A DNA stretch of 59,106 bases from Candidatus Planktophila sp. (GCA_964200985.1 CAXNCU010000001.1:1-59106), one strand, 5' to 3'; shown: positions 32,383 to 44,415, counted from the first letter of the stretch. Numbers and translations are program-made. The notes: generated by a model from the letters alone, not told the origin.

Positions 32383-32910
32383 ATGAGCGTTGCCATGTCC
32401 GCACCGGATATCACCCGTGCATTAATTCGCATTTCCCATGAAATATTAGAGGCCAATACCTCCACGCATCAGATCACGCTGCTGGGTATTCCTACGCGTG
32501 GTGCACATTTAGCTCGTCGAATTGCCACAAACATGAGTGAGATTGCAGGCCATGAGATCCCCGTCGGAACTCTGGATATAACTATGCACCGAGATGATCT
32601 GCGAATGCGTCCTCCGCGGCCAATCATGCCTACTTCTATTCCACACGGGGGAGTCGATGGTCGCGAGATTGTCCTCATCGATGATGTTTTGTTTTCCGGT
32701 CGTACTATTCGCGCGGCGTTAGATGCCCTAGGTGAGATTGGGCGCCCTCACACTGTGCAGTTGGCAGCCCTCGTTGATAGGGGCCACCGCGAGCTTCCTA
32801 TCAGAGCTGATTTCGTTGGTAAGAATCTACCAACTTCAATTACTCAGTCGGTGCGGCTGCATTTGACTGAAATTGACGGTGTTGATGAAGTCTTGATTGA
32901 GGAGAATTGA
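32383..32910 (+). CDS. pyrR: Pyrimidine operon regulator / uracil phosphoribosyltransferase
   Basis: [23 protein letters not shown] and DRGHRELPI. Confidence 0.97.
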   Translation: MSVAMSAPDITRALIRISHEILEANTSTHQITLLGIPTRGAHLARRIATNMSEIAGHEIPVGTLDITMHRDDLRMRPPRPIMPTSIPHGGVDGREIVLIDDVLFSGRTIRAALDALGEIGRPHTVQLAALVDRGHRELPIRADFVGKNLPTSITQSVRLHLTEIDGVDEVLIEEN

Positions 32911-33857
32911 TGCGCCACTTACTTTCGATTTCTGACCTTTCAAAACCCCAAGCCATATCGATTTTAGATACGGCAACGGAGTTGGCGCGTGTGAGTGATG
33001 GCGCAGTAAAGAAACTTCCAACGCTTCGAGGTCGCACAATAGTTAACCTCTTTGCCGAGGATTCGACGCGTACTCGTATCTCATTTGAAGCTGCAGCTAA
33101 GCGTTTATCGGCCGACGTTATCAACTTCTCGGCTAAAGGTTCAAGTGTGAGCAAAGGTGAATCCTTAAAAGATACGGCCCTAACTTTGCAGGCAATGGGT
33201 GCTGATGCCGTTGTGATTCGCCATAGCGCCTCTGGTGCACCGGCGCGATTAGCCGATTCGTCTTGGATGAGGGGAAGTGTTATTAACGCTGGAGATGGAA
33301 CGCACGAACATCCTAGCCAGGCATTACTTGATGCATTTACGATTAGGAAACATCTAGGAAAAGGTGCGCCGGATTTAATCGGTATACGAGTTGCAATTGT
33401 CGGAGATGTTTTACATTCGCGTGTTGCACGATCAAATGTGCTGCTCTTAACTCTTTTGGGGGCACATGTCACTCTTGTCGGACCACCGACACTACTGCCA
33501 GTTGGCGTAGAGAGTTGGCCGGTCACTATTTCTTACGACTTGGACTCGGTTATTGGCTTGGTCGATGTCGTAATGATGCTTCGAGTTCAGCAAGAAAGAA
33601 TGAGTGATCTCTTCTTTCCAAATGCAAGAGAGTATTCACGCTACTTTGGTCTCAACTCTGATCGATTAAAGTTAATGTCACCACATTCCATCGTGATGCA
33701 CCCGGGCCCTATGAATCGTGGCTTGGAAATCGCTGCAGAAGTCGCTGACAGCGCGCGTTCTGTGATCGTGGAACAAGTAGCCAATGGTGTAAGCGTGCGC
33801 ATGGCCATTCTATATATCCTGCTTACAGGTCAACCATTAGAGGCAGGGAGTAAGTAA
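32910..33857 (+). CDS. pyrB: Aspartate carbamoyltransferase catalytic subunit
   Basis: [16 protein letters not shown] and MHPGPMNR. Confidence 0.97.
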   Translation: MRHLLSISDLSKPQAISILDTATELARVSDGAVKKLPTLRGRTIVNLFAEDSTRTRISFEAAAKRLSADVINFSAKGSSVSKGESLKDTALTLQAMGADAVVIRHSASGAPARLADSSWMRGSVINAGDGTHEHPSQALLDAFTIRKHLGKGAPDLIGIRVAIVGDVLHSRVARSNVLLLTLLGAHVTLVGPPTLLPVGVESWPVTISYDLDSVIGLVDVVMMLRVQQERMSDLFFPNAREYSRYFGLNSDRLKLMSPHSIVMHPGPMNRGLEIAAEVADSARSVIVEQVANGVSVRMAILYILLTGQPLEAGSK

Positions 33858-35167
33858 TGTCATCGCAGCGCTATCTTCTAAAGAACGCCTCATTGCCTGA
33901 TGGCACAGTCAGTGACTTGCTGATCGCCGATGGAGTTATTACCGCAATATCTACTTCGATTCCAGCTTCCGAGGCAACGATTATTAACGCAGCGGGCTCG
34001 ATCGTTCTCCCAGGTTTAGTAGATCTGCATACACATCTGCGTCAACCTGGACGTGAAGATGCCGAAACCGTTCTTACCGGAGCACGTTCTGGAGCAAAAG
34101 GTGGATTTACTGCACTCTCGGCAATGGCTAATACATCTCCAGTGGCAGATAATGCGGGCGTAGTTGAACAGGTTTATCGTCTCGGCCAAGAGGCGGGTCT
34201 ACTTGATGTCTTTCCGATTGGCGCAGTAACTCAGGGACTAGCTGGAGTTGCCCTATCTGAAATCGGTGCGATGGCCGATTCAGTTGCACGCGTAAGGGTC
34301 TTTAGCGATGATGGCAACTGTGTCTTCGATCCCTTAGTTATGCGTCGTGCCCTTGAATATGTAAAGAAGTTCGAAGGCGTAATTGCCCAACATGCGCAGG
34401 AGCCGCGCCTAACCGTTGGATCCCAAATGAATGAGGGTGAGGTATCGGCGGTTTTAGGACTTAAAGGTTGGCCAGCTATCGCCGAAGAGGCGATTATCGC
34501 CCGTGATGTATTACTGGTCGATCACGTTAAATCACGGCTACATATCTGTCATGTGACCACGGCAGGTGGAGTGGAAATAATTCGTTGGGCCAAGGCACGA
34601 GGAATTAATGTAACGGCGGAGGTCACTCCACATCACTTGCTACTTACCGATGAGTTAGCTCGATCCTATGACCCAATATTTAAAGTTAACCCGCCACTTC
34701 GTAGCGAAAAAGATGTGATGGCGTTGCGTGAGGCATTGGCCGATGGCACGATCGACATCGTTGCAACAGATCATGCACCTCACACGATGGAGTCAAAAGA
34801 GTGCGAGTGGCAAGAGGCATCATTTGGAATGTTGGGGCTCGAGACCGCACTTTCGATCGTTCAAAAGACCATGGTAGATACGCAACTGATGAACTGGGCG
34901 CAGGTTGCAGATCGTTTATCGACGGCGCCTGCACGTATCGGCGGGTATAGCCAGCACGGTAGGAGTTTGGAGATAGGTGCACCAGCTCACTTAACGATAA
35001 TCAATCCAACGAGCTCATGGATGGTCGATAGAGATCTAGTCGCCTCTAAGAGTCGCAATACTCCATTTCATGGCTATGAACTGCCTGGAGTGGTTACTCA
35101 CACTTTCTTTGACGGAGTTCCAACACTAATGAATGGTGTTATAGCCCATGTTGGTGAGGGTCAATGA
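33857..35167 (+). CDS. pyrC: Dihydroorotase
   Basis: DLHTHLR, EVTPHHL, KVNPPLR and ATDHAPH. Confidence 0.96.
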   Translation: MSSQRYLLKNASLPDGTVSDLLIADGVITAISTSIPASEATIINAAGSIVLPGLVDLHTHLRQPGREDAETVLTGARSGAKGGFTALSAMANTSPVADNAGVVEQVYRLGQEAGLLDVFPIGAVTQGLAGVALSEIGAMADSVARVRVFSDDGNCVFDPLVMRRALEYVKKFEGVIAQHAQEPRLTVGSQMNEGEVSAVLGLKGWPAIAEEAIIARDVLLVDHVKSRLHICHVTTAGGVEIIRWAKARGINVTAEVTPHHLLLTDELARSYDPIFKVNPPLRSEKDVMALREALADGTIDIVATDHAPHTMESKECEWQEASFGMLGLETALSIVQKTMVDTQLMNWAQVADRLSTAPARIGGYSQHGRSLEIGAPAHLTIINPTSSWMVDRDLVASKSRNTPFHGYELPGVVTHTFFDGVPTLMNGVIAHVGEGQ

Positions 35168-36279
35168 GTAAAGCATTCTTTGTCTTAGACGATGGACGCA
35201 TCTTTGAAGGTAAATCCTGGGGAGCTGTTGGAAAGTGTTTCGGCGAGGCCGTATTTCAAACTGGAATGACTGGATATCAAGAGACGTTGACCGACCCTTC
35301 ATATCACAAGCAGGTTGTTGTTATGACTGCACCCCATATTGGTAACACCGGCGTTAATTCAGAAGATAATGAATCGGCAAGAATCTGGGTTGCAGGATAT
35401 GTCGTTCGTAATCCATCGACATTGACCTCTAATTGGCGAAGTGAGAAATCACTAGAAGATGAGTTAATAGTTCAAAATATTGTGGGTATCCAAGCGGTAG
35501 ATACCCGTGCGATTACGAGACATCTTCGTGATCGCGGCGCTATGCGCGTAGGAATTTTCTCAGGACTAGAACTCTCACGTGAAGAGATGGTCGTTGAAGT
35601 TCGTAAAGCCGAAGCGATGAACGGTGCTTTTCTGGTTGCCGACGTATCAACCTCAACTCCATATGTGGTACCGGCGATTGGTGAAAAGCGTTTGGTGGTA
35701 GCGGCCATTGATTTGGGAATTAAGGCGGCGACTCCTCACGCTCTCGCGCAAAGAGGGGTTGAAGTTCACGTCCTGCCCTATAACTCAACTATTGAAGATA
35801 TTGAATCGATAAATCCTGATGGTGTCTTCATTTCGAATGGACCGGGGGACCCGGCAACTATGCTCGAGACAATCGATTTGGTGCGGGAGATATTGCTGCG
35901 TGAAATTCCAATTTTTGGTATCTGCTTCGGTCACCAGATTCTTGGCCGCGCCCTTGGTTTTGAAACCTATAAATTAACCTTTGGTCATCGTGGAATTAAT
36001 CAACCGGTTATAGATAAAAATACAGGTAAAGTTGAAATAACGTCACATAACCATGGCTTCGCATTGAAAGCACCGACCGACTCCACATTTTCGACCGTTT
36101 ATGGCCATGGTGAGGTCACTCATGTATCTCTCAATGATGGTGTTGTTGAGGGTTTACAGCTTCTAGATCGTCCCGCATTTTCAGTTCAATACCACCCGGA
36201 AGCTGCCGCCGGTCCCCATGATGCCGCCTACCTATTTGATCGCTTCGTAGATTTAATGAATAAGAAAGTGCGTGCATAA
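35164..36279 (+). CDS. carA: Carbamoyl-phosphate synthase small chain
   Basis: [22 protein letters not shown] and QYHPEA. Confidence 0.98.
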   Translation: MSKAFFVLDDGRIFEGKSWGAVGKCFGEAVFQTGMTGYQETLTDPSYHKQVVVMTAPHIGNTGVNSEDNESARIWVAGYVVRNPSTLTSNWRSEKSLEDELIVQNIVGIQAVDTRAITRHLRDRGAMRVGIFSGLELSREEMVVEVRKAEAMNGAFLVADVSTSTPYVVPAIGEKRLVVAAIDLGIKAATPHALAQRGVEVHVLPYNSTIEDIESINPDGVFISNGPGDPATMLETIDLVREILLREIPIFGICFGHQILGRALGFETYKLTFGHRGINQPVIDKNTGKVEITSHNHGFALKAPTDSTFSTVYGHGEVTHVSLNDGVVEGLQLLDRPAFSVQYHPEAAAGPHDAAYLFDRFVDLMNKKVRA

Positions 36280-39200
36280 TGCCTTTAGATACCTCCATTA
36301 AATCAGTGTTGGTGATTGGCAGCGGTCCTATCGTTATTGGTCAGGCATGCGAGTTTGATTACTCAGGCACCCAGGCGTGTCGAATTCTGCGTGAAGAGGG
36401 AATTCGAGTTGTTCTAATTAACTCAAACCCGGCAACGATTATGACCGACCCTGAATTTGCCGATGCTACTTATATTGAACCAATAACATCGGATGCCATT
36501 GAAAAAATCATCGCCCACGAGAGACCAGATGCCGTACTCGCAACTTTGGGTGGTCAGACAGCCCTGAACGCGGCGATTGCCGTCTTTGAGGCGGGTATAT
36601 TGAAAAAATACGGTGTTCGTCTTATCGGCGCCGATGTTGATGCAATCAACCGTGGAGAAAATCGTGAACTCTTTCGAGAGATAGTGGCAAAGGTCGGCGG
36701 CGAATCAGCCAAATCAGTTGTCTGTCACACTATCGAAGAGATTTTTCACGGCGTAGAGAGTTTAGGTTATCCAGTTGTCGTACGTCCTTCGTTCACAATG
36801 GGAGGTCTCGGATCAGGGATTGCATATGATGCCGAAGAGCTCAAACAGATTGCAGGAGCGGGCCTTCGCCATAGTCCAACTTCTGAAGTGCTGCTAGAAG
36901 AGTCGATTATAGGTTGGAAAGAGTATGAGCTTGAAGTAATGCGTGATCACAAAGATAACGTAGTGATTGTCTGCAGTATTGAAAATATTGATCCCATGGG
37001 CGTGCACACGGGTGATTCGATAACGGTTGCACCAGCCATGACTTTGACCGATGTCGAGTATCAGAAGCTTCGTAATCTATCGCTAGAAATCATCCGTGAG
37101 GTAGGTGTTGACACAGGAGGCTGCAATATTCAATTTGCAGTCAACCCAGCTACTGGTCGCATTATCGTTATAGAGATGAATCCGCGTGTTTCTCGCTCCA
37201 GCGCATTAGCATCTAAAGCAACTGGATTTCCAATTGCAAAAATAGCTACGAAACTGGCGATTGGATATACCTTAGATGAGATTCAGAACGACATAACAAA
37301 GCTTACTCCTGCCTCATTTGAACCATCTTTGGACTATGTAGTTGTTAAAGTTCCTCGTTTTGCTTTTGAAAAGTTCGCCGATGCCGATCCGCGATTAACA
37401 ACAACAATGAAGAGCGTTGGCGAGGCGATGGCAATTGGCCGGTCATTTCCAGAGGCATTGATGAAAGCGCTTCGCTCCCTTGAACGAAAGGAAGCGATTT
37501 TCACTTGGCCAGAACTCAATGAAAACCAGAAAAATGAGCTCTTACTTTCGATCAAGATTCCAACGGAGTATCGCCTGCAGCAGGTTCAGCGTGCAATGTG
37601 GGCTGGAGCGACAATCGATGAGATCTTTCAGGCCTGCAAGATAGACCCTTGGTATCTTCGTCAGATCCAAATTATTAACGACCAGGCAGCGATTATCGCC
37701 CACCCGGGAGATTTGAGCGCTGATCTTTTGAGAGATGCAAAATCCCAAGGATTTTCAGATGCACAAATCGCAACTCTTCGTGGAATAAGTGAGGATGAAG
37801 TACGAGGAATTAGACATCACTTAGCGATTCGTCCTGTTTATAAAACAGTGGATACATGCGCTGGCGAGTTTGAAGCTTTCACTCCTTATCATTATTCAAG
37901 TTATGAAGAGGAGAGTGAAGTAAGGGTTCGTACAACGCCGGCTGTTATTATTTTGGGAAGCGGTCCCAATCGAATTGGACAAGGCATTGAATTCGACTAC
38001 TCCTGTGTTCACGCCTCATTTGCCTTACGTGAAGCAGGGTATGAAACCATAATGATTAACTGTAACCCTGAGACCGTTTCTACTGATTACGATACAAGTA
38101 ATCGCCTGTATTTCGAGCCTCTGACTTTAGAGGATGTTTTAGAGGTCATTCATGCAGAGTCCCTTGCAGGCCCACTCTTGGGAGTAATCACCCAACTAGG
38201 TGGTCAAACTCCGTTAGGCCTTGCCGCAGATCTAAAGGCCAACGGCGTAACTATTTTGGGTACATCTCCCGAAGCTATTAATTTAGCTGAAGAGCGTGGT
38301 GCTTTCGGTCAAATTCTTGCCGATCAAGAGTTAAATGCACCAGAGTTTGGAATGGCCTCCTCGCAATTAGAGGCCATCACTATCGCTAGTCGAATTGGAT
38401 ACCCGGTTCTCGTTAGACCTTCATTTGTTTTAGGAGGTCGGGGAATGGAGATTGTTTATGACGATAGCTCTCTTGCAGGATTTATTTCTCGAGCAACTGA
38501 CATCACCCCTGATCACCCGGTACTAGTAGATCGTTTCTTGGATAGCGCCATTGAGATCGATGTTGATGCGCTCTTCGACGGTAACGAGCTATTTCTTGGC
38601 GGAGTAATGGAGCACATTGAGGAGGCGGGAATTCATAGTGGAGATAGCGCGTGCGTTTTGCCATCTATGACAATCACGGCGCTGCAGTTGGATGAGATTA
38701 AAGTCGCTACAACAAAGATTGCCCAAGGCGTCGGTGTTCTTGGTTTGATAAATATTCAATTCGCCATAGCGGGGGAGGTTCTCTACGTCTTGGAAGCCAA
38801 CCCACGAGCATCTCGAACCGTGCCCTTTGTCAGTAAAGCAACAGGGGTGGCTTTAGCAAAAGCCGCTGCCCGTATTTCACTAGGTGCGACTATTGCCGAG
38901 CTTCGCATTGAAGGGATGCTGCCAATTACTGGCGATGGTGTTGCTAAGGGCGTCTCGGTAAAGGAGGCGGTACTTCCGTGGAATCGCTTCAGAAGGAGTG
39001 ATGGTCGGGGAGTCGATGCCATCTTGGGTCCTGAGATGCGCTCAACAGGAGAAGTCATGGGAATTTCTCCGAGCTTTGGTGAGAGTTATGCAAAATCGCA
39101 GATTGAGGCATTTGGCCCCCTTCCAAAGAGTGGAACAGTGTTTATCTCACTTGCCGATAAAGACAAAGCATCTGGAATCGATGGGGCTCTTGGTTTAGCT

Positions 39201-39539
39201 AGCCTAGGTTTTAGAATTCTAGCGACTACAGGTACTTCTCAATTCTTAGCCGAACATGGAGTAGTTTGCCTACCGGTTCGTAAGAATTCAGATGGCACGG
39301 GTCCTTTGGGTGAGCCGACTATTGTTGAGATAATAAATTCAGGAGAGATTGATTTAGTGATAAATACACCAGTGGGACGTGGAACGCGAGCAGATGGTTG
39401 GCTCATTCGTACCGCTGCAGTGCAGCGTTCTATTCCTATCATCACCACGACAGCAGGTTTTAGTGCCGCGGTGGAGGGAATTCGTTTCTTACAGAGTTCT
39501 GAACTCTCCATTAAATCATTGCAAGAGTGGTTAGCGTAA
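36279..39539 (+). CDS. carB: Carbamoyl-phosphate synthase large chain
   Basis: [17 protein letters not shown], duplicated ATP-grasp halves and C-terminal MGS domain. Confidence 0.98.
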   Translation: MPLDTSIKSVLVIGSGPIVIGQACEFDYSGTQACRILREEGIRVVLINSNPATIMTDPEFADATYIEPITSDAIEKIIAHERPDAVLATLGGQTALNAAIAVFEAGILKKYGVRLIGADVDAINRGENRELFREIVAKVGGESAKSVVCHTIEEIFHGVESLGYPVVVRPSFTMGGLGSGIAYDAEELKQIAGAGLRHSPTSEVLLEESIIGWKEYELEVMRDHKDNVVIVCSIENIDPMGVHTGDSITVAPAMTLTDVEYQKLRNLSLEIIREVGVDTGGCNIQFAVNPATGRIIVIEMNPRVSRSSALASKATGFPIAKIATKLAIGYTLDEIQNDITKLTPASFEPSLDYVVVKVPRFAFEKFADADPRLTTTMKSVGEAMAIGRSFPEALMKALRSLERKEAIFTWPELNENQKNELLLSIKIPTEYRLQQVQRAMWAGATIDEIFQACKIDPWYLRQIQIINDQAAIIAHPGDLSADLLRDAKSQGFSDAQIATLRGISEDEVRGIRHHLAIRPVYKTVDTCAGEFEAFTPYHYSSYEEESEVRVRTTPAVIILGSGPNRIGQGIEFDYSCVHASFALREAGYETIMINCNPETVSTDYDTSNRLYFEPLTLEDVLEVIHAESLAGPLLGVITQLGGQTPLGLAADLKANGVTILGTSPEAINLAEERGAFGQILADQELNAPEFGMASSQLEAITIASRIGYPVLVRPSFVLGGRGMEIVYDDSSLAGFISRATDITPDHPVLVDRFLDSAIEIDVDALFDGNELFLGGVMEHIEEAGIHSGDSACVLPSMTITALQLDEIKVATTKIAQGVGVLGLINIQFAIAGEVLYVLEANPRASRTVPFVSKATGVALAKAAARISLGATIAELRIEGMLPITGDGVAKGVSVKEAVLPWNRFRRSDGRGVDAILGPEMRSTGEVMGISPSFGESYAKSQIEAFGPLPKSGTVFISLADKDKASGIDGALGLASLGFRILATTGTSQFLAEHGVVCLPVRKNSDGTGPLGEPTIVEIINSGEIDLVINTPVGRGTRADGWLIRTAAVQRSIPIITTTAGFSAAVEGIRFLQSSELSIKSLQEWLA

Positions 39540-39541
39540 AT

Positions 39542-40378
39542 ATGGCGACTATCAATAAAAACGCCACATCGATGCAGGCAGTTTTAATGAGTAATAAGCG
39601 CGTCGGCCAATATCACCAATTAATTGTTAACATTGGAGATAGTGCAACTCTGTGTAAACCCGGCAACTTTGTTGCAATTAGTGTTGGCGGGGACACTTCG
39701 CGAATGATTCTGCGAAGAGCTTTTGCGATATCGCGAGTATCGAATAACTCAACTTTTGGCGGAACGATGGAGCTCATCATCGCCCCTCATGGTCAAGGAA
39801 GTAAGTGGCTGTGTTCGCAGATAGAGGGAGCCATTCTTGATGTTGTCGTACCTCTAGGCACCGCCTTTGGAATTCCAACGGAGCCGGTGCCCGTCCTGCT
39901 AGTTGGCGGCGGTTACGGGTCGGCCCCATTGTTTGGTTTGGCCGAAGTGCTCAATGCCCGCGGATGCCGAGTGGATATGTTGCTCGGAGCAAGCACCGCA
40001 GGCAAAATCTATGCACCGATGGAGGGTAAACGTGCAGTTAACTCACTTCGAATCTATACAGAAGATGGTTCGATGGGTCAGATGGGTCGTGTTACCGATC
40101 CAATTGCAGGATTGATAGCCGATCTCAAGATTGCAGTTGTGTATTCCTGCGGGCCGATGGCGATGCTATCGGCTATAAATGCAATCACTCACGATACCGA
40201 GGTAGTCCATCAATGTGCAGTGGAAGAGTCAATGGCATGCGGGATTGGCATCTGCATGACCTGCGTATTACCAGTTGCCGATGAATTAGGAAGTGTTTCG
40301 ATGCTTCGCTCATGCATCGATGGGCCAGTTATGGATGGCGCATTAGTTCAGTGGGATAAAGTTGGTCGAGCGTTATGA
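39542..40378 (+). CDS. pyrK: Dihydroorotate dehydrogenase electron transfer subunit
   Basis: LRRAFAI (FAD), GGGYG, CGP and EESMACGIGICMTC...SC 2Fe-2S motif. Confidence 0.92.
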   Translation: MATINKNATSMQAVLMSNKRVGQYHQLIVNIGDSATLCKPGNFVAISVGGDTSRMILRRAFAISRVSNNSTFGGTMELIIAPHGQGSKWLCSQIEGAILDVVVPLGTAFGIPTEPVPVLLVGGGYGSAPLFGLAEVLNARGCRVDMLLGASTAGKIYAPMEGKRAVNSLRIYTEDGSMGQMGRVTDPIAGLIADLKIAVVYSCGPMAMLSAINAITHDTEVVHQCAVEESMACGIGICMTCVLPVADELGSVSMLRSCIDGPVMDGALVQWDKVGRAL

Positions 40379-41316
40379 CGACCGTAGATTTTTCAACAAC
40401 CATTGGTAACGCTTGGTTTCCATCTCCAATCTTCACGGCAAGTGGCTGCGCTAGTTCGGGGCGAGAATTAGCCCAGTTCTTCCCTCTTCACGATATCGGC
40501 GGAGTAGTTACAAAATCAGTAATGAATAAAGTACGTACTGGTAGGCCAACACCTCGTATGGCCGAAACCGCCAGCGGAATGCTTAACTCTATTGGCCTGC
40601 AAGGCCCGGGCATCGACGCCTTCATCGCCAAAGATATTCCCTACTTAATTGAACAGAAGGCACGAATTATCGTCTCGATTGCAGGGGAGACCATAGAAGA
40701 GTATGCAACTCTTGCGAGAAAACTCCGCTCCGTTTCTGGAATAAGTGCGGTAGAGGTAAATATTTCATGTCCGAATGTTGAGAATCGTGGTCTCGTCTTT
40801 GCATGTGATCCTGAAGCATCTAGGCGGGTAATTGATGGAGTGCGACGAACTCTTGGAGGAGAGCTTCCAATAATTGCAAAACTCTCACCTGATGTAACAG
40901 ATTTAGTTTCGATCGCTAAAGGCGTTGTCGATGCTGGCGCCGATGCTCTTGCTCTGATTAATACCGTTCTTGGAATGGTGATCAACCTTGACACCATGCG
41001 GCCGCACTTGGGCGGCAAAACTGGTGGTTTATCAGGACCTGCAATTAAACCAATAGCCATTCGTGCTGTGTATCAGGTGCATGAAGCAATGCCGAAAACT
41101 CCAATTCTTGGAATGGGTGGTATTTCTAATGGACGCGATGCACTTGAAATGATTGCCGCCGGTGCAAGTGGAGTATCAATAGGAACAGCGAGTTTCGGAA
41201 ATCCGATGGCTCTAATGAATATTTCAAAGGAGCTAAAGGAGTTACTTGCAGTCAAGGGATTTGCATCGGTTAGAGATGCAGTGGGATTCGCACATCGCAT
41301 TGAGGAGTCGAATTAG
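40375..41316 (+). CDS. pyrD: Dihydroorotate dehydrogenase family 1B catalytic subunit
   Basis: TASG, NSIGLQGPG, NISCPN, KLSP and GGLSG. Confidence 0.95.
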   Translation: MTTVDFSTTIGNAWFPSPIFTASGCASSGRELAQFFPLHDIGGVVTKSVMNKVRTGRPTPRMAETASGMLNSIGLQGPGIDAFIAKDIPYLIEQKARIIVSIAGETIEEYATLARKLRSVSGISAVEVNISCPNVENRGLVFACDPEASRRVIDGVRRTLGGELPIIAKLSPDVTDLVSIAKGVVDAGADALALINTVLGMVINLDTMRPHLGGKTGGLSGPAIKPIAIRAVYQVHEAMPKTPILGMGGISNGRDALEMIAAGASGVSIGTASFGNPMALMNISKELKELLAVKGFASVRDAVGFAHRIEESN

Positions 41317-41317
41317 C

Positions 41318-42022
41318 ATGAGCATGCGATCACCGATTGTATTGGCGGTAGACACTTCAGATTTGGGGATGGCGATAGAGTGGGTTAAGGCCACTGAAGG
41401 TTTCGTATCTGTCTACAAGTTAGGTTTGGAGTTCTATCTCAATTTTGGGAAAGAAGGAGTCCACGCGATTTCAAATTCGACAGATAGCGATATTTTTTTA
41501 GATCTTAAGCTTCACGATATTCCGCACACAGTATCCGGTGCCGCCTCAGCTATTTCCTCTCTTAACGTAAAATATCTAACGGTTCATGCATCAGGTGGCA
41601 GTGCAATGATTGCCGCCGCGGTCGAGGCAGTGCCATTAACTTACGTCACAGGTGTAACGATCTTGACTTCGCTATCTGAAAGCGATGTTGCGGCAGTTGG
41701 CTTTAAAAATAACGCTTTAGAAAGTGCAGTTGGTTTAGCAAAGCTTGCGGTCTCTGCAGGCGCTAGAGCAATTGTCTGCTCTCCGCTAGAAATCCTTGCG
41801 ATTCGCCAGAGCATTGGCAGTGAGATCACAATTATTACTCCCGGTGTTCGACCTGCCGATAGTGCAGCTAGTGATGATCAAAAGCGGACGATGAGCCCGC
41901 GTGATGCGATAGATCAGGGCGCTAATCTTGTTGTCATTGGGCGACCGATTACATCGGCCTGGAGCCAAGGCGCGGTGGCGATGCGAGAGCGAGCCGAGCA
42001 AATCTGCGCACAAATTCTTTAA
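41318..42022 (+). CDS. pyrF: Orotidine 5'-phosphate decarboxylase
   Basis: DLKLHDIPHT, VTILTS, TPGVRP, DQKR and VIGRPI. Confidence 0.97.
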   Translation: MSMRSPIVLAVDTSDLGMAIEWVKATEGFVSVYKLGLEFYLNFGKEGVHAISNSTDSDIFLDLKLHDIPHTVSGAASAISSLNVKYLTVHASGGSAMIAAAVEAVPLTYVTGVTILTSLSESDVAAVGFKNNALESAVGLAKLAVSAGARAIVCSPLEILAIRQSIGSEITIITPGVRPADSAASDDQKRTMSPRDAIDQGANLVVIGRPITSAWSQGAVAMRERAEQICAQIL

Positions 42023-42051
42023 TTTCTTCATTAGTGGACTAGATTTCTTAC

Positions 42052-42924
42052 ATGGGCGCTCCTCCGATCTTGACAGCTGCAGAGCGTACGGCCGCCCTTC
42101 TAAAGGCGGCTCAATCTCGCAAACGTCGAGCTGAAGTCAAGGCGAAAGTAAAAAAAGGTGAGTTTTCTATCGATGCGGTTCTTGAAATTGCTGCAAATGA
42201 AGATGCCATAGCAAAGATGCGCGTGAGAGAGTTATTAGAGGCGCTCACAGGTGTTGGAAAAGTTCGAGCAAGCTCCCTGATGGAGCGATTAAATATTTCT
42301 CCAACCCGTAGAATTGGAGGATTAGGACGTCATCAAATTAAAGAGCTACGAAATGAGTTCATGAAAACATCGCACGCGCTAACTCCCGGCAAACTACTAG
42401 TGCTCTCTGGTCCCGGGGGAGTTGGTAAGAGCACCGTGGCTGCACGTCTACGGGCATCGGGTGATTTCTGGGTGAGCGTTTCAGCAACGACTAGAGCACC
42501 ACGATCGAATGAGCATGATGGTGTTGATTATTTCTTTATTAGCGAGGATGAGTTTTCGCGTCGAGTTCGTAGTGATGAGTTTCTAGAGTGGGCCGAATTT
42601 GCAGGAAGTAGATATGGAACGCCGAGCGCTGCGGTGGAAGAGGCCTTGCTCGCTGGTCGAAATGTTCTTCTAGAGATTGAGGTCGATGGGGCCAGGCAGG
42701 TTAAATCTCACCTACGACAATCAATCCTTGTCTTTTTAGAGCCGCCCTCATGGGAAGAGCTAGTTTCGCGCCTTATCGCCCGTGGAACTGATACTCCCGA
42801 GCGTCAAGCGCAGCGCTTGCAACTGGCCCAGGATGAGCTTGCAGCGGCCTCATTCTTTGACCTGGTAATCGTCAATGATCAGGTCGAGCGGGTTGTTGAA
42901 CAACTGATAGCATTGACCTCTTGA
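42052..42924 (+). CDS. gmk: Fusion of actinobacterial integration host factor (mIHF/sIHF, aa 1-103) and guanylate kinase (aa ~104-290)
   Basis: N-half LT...R.AAL.KAA..R..RAEVK...K.RV..LLEAL.GVGKVRA..LME.L.ISPTRR..GLG is mIHF; C-half GPGGVGKS, SATTRAPR, EFLEWAEF.G..YGT is Gmk; no stop between them. Confidence 0.92.
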   Translation: MGAPPILTAAERTAALLKAAQSRKRRAEVKAKVKKGEFSIDAVLEIAANEDAIAKMRVRELLEALTGVGKVRASSLMERLNISPTRRIGGLGRHQIKELRNEFMKTSHALTPGKLLVLSGPGGVGKSTVAARLRASGDFWVSVSATTRAPRSNEHDGVDYFFISEDEFSRRVRSDEFLEWAEFAGSRYGTPSAAVEEALLAGRNVLLEIEVDGARQVKSHLRQSILVFLEPPSWEELVSRLIARGTDTPERQAQRLQLAQDELAAASFFDLVIVNDQVERVVEQLIALTS

Positions 42925-42962
42925 CCACATTGTTTAAAAATTGATATGAGCGGGGTATAACT

Positions 42963-43211
42963 ATGGATGGCATCACAAATCCACCGATTGACGAACTTCT
43001 AGAGAAAAGCGGCTCGAAGTACAGCCTCGTTCTCTACGCAGCCAAGCGTGCCCGTCAGATCAATGCTTATTATTCACAGCTAGGCGAAGGTCTACTTGAA
43101 TACGTAGGACCACTCGTTGAGACACATGTTCATGAGAAGCCACTATCTATCGCACTTCGCGAGATTAATGAAGGCTTGCTCACGATTGAAAATCTCGAAC
43201 CAACGGCTTAA
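42963..43211 (+). CDS. rpoZ: RNA polymerase omega subunit
   Basis: [25 protein letters not shown] and [10 protein letters not shown]. Confidence 0.97.
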   Translation: MDGITNPPIDELLEKSGSKYSLVLYAAKRARQINAYYSQLGEGLLEYVGPLVETHVHEKPLSIALREINEGLLTIENLEPTA

Positions 43212-43227
43212 ATAACTCCTCCTTGCC

Positions 43228-44412
43228 ATGTCTGCCACAACTCGTGAGGTCGTACTCGGAGTTGGCGCAGGAATTGCCGCATACAAATCATGTGATCTTT
43301 TACGTCGCCTGCAAGATCGTGGCTATTTAATAACAGTTGTACCAACGCCCTCATCACTTAACTTTGTGGGAGCTGCGACATGGGAGGCACTCTCACATCG
43401 CAAGGTGAGCACGCAGGTCTGGGAAAACGTAGATGAGGTTTCACATATTTCCATTGCTGAAAAAGCTGATTACTTTCTTATCGCTCCTGCAACAGCCGAT
43501 TTAATCGCTCGAATAGCCTGCGGTCGTGCAGATGATCTGCTGACTAATCTTGTCCTTGCATCGAGCGTACCCATGTTAATCGTTCCTGCGATGCACCCAC
43601 AGATGTGGACCGACCCGGCAACGGTTGCAAATGTTGCCACCCTTCGCGCCCGTGGTTATGTAGTAATGGAGCCAGAGGTTGGTCGATTAACGGGTAATGA
43701 TGTCGGCCAGGGCAGATTTGCGCAGAGCTCGGCGATAATCGAAGTATTCGATGAGATGACCGGAAATGTACGCGATCTCGTAGGAAAACGGATATTGATC
43801 TCTGGGGGCGGAACCAGAGAGGCAATCGATCCTGTTCGATTTATAGGCAATCGCTCGTCAGGCAAACAGTCATTAGCTCTTGCACGCGCAGCCGTGTTGC
43901 GTGGGGCGAGCGTCCATCTGGTGGCAGCCAATATGCAGGTGCAGGCTAGCGATGGCTTGACGGTGAGCCATGTCGAAAGCGCTATCGAAATGGGCGCGGC
44001 CCTAGAGCGTGAATTTGCCTCTTGCGATCTCTTAATTATGAGCGCAGCAGTTGCAGATGCACGACCTGTGCACAATTCGACGCACAAGATTAAGAAATCT
44101 CAATTCACTTCAATTGAATTAGAGCTGAATCCCGATATTTTGAAGCAATTGAGCTCGAAAAAGCAGCGACAGGTAATAATTGGTTTCGCCGCCGAGACAG
44201 ATGAGCTTCTAGAGTCGGGCAGCGCAAAATTAGTGGCAAAGGGCTTAGATATTCTCTACGTTAATGATGTCAGTAATGGCGCAATCTTCGGAAAAGATAC
44301 GACACAGGGTATGATTCTCACACGCACTGGTGCGCATATAGAAGTCAAGGAAGCCTCCAAAGACGCTCTAGCCAATCTCCTCCTTGATCACGCCATCCGG
44401 CAGTTAGGTTAA
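43228..44412 (+). CDS. coaBC: Phosphopantothenoylcysteine decarboxylase / phosphopantothenate--cysteine ligase
   Basis: GIAAYK, APATA, PAMH, GGTREAIDPVRFIGNRSSGK and GFAAET. Confidence 0.96.
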   Translation: MSATTREVVLGVGAGIAAYKSCDLLRRLQDRGYLITVVPTPSSLNFVGAATWEALSHRKVSTQVWENVDEVSHISIAEKADYFLIAPATADLIARIACGRADDLLTNLVLASSVPMLIVPAMHPQMWTDPATVANVATLRARGYVVMEPEVGRLTGNDVGQGRFAQSSAIIEVFDEMTGNVRDLVGKRILISGGGTREAIDPVRFIGNRSSGKQSLALARAAVLRGASVHLVAANMQVQASDGLTVSHVESAIEMGAALEREFASCDLLIMSAAVADARPVHNSTHKIKKSQFTSIELELNPDILKQLSSKKQRQVIIGFAAETDELLESGSAKLVAKGLDILYVNDVSNGAIFGKDTTQGMILTRTGAHIEVKEASKDALANLLLDHAIRQLG

Positions 44413-44415
44413 AAC

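Noticed and set aside
32840-33526. 228-aa minus-strand ORF opposite pyrB
   Set aside because: Antisense shadow of pyrB; no domain signal. The many other short nested ORFs in the track were rejected likewise.
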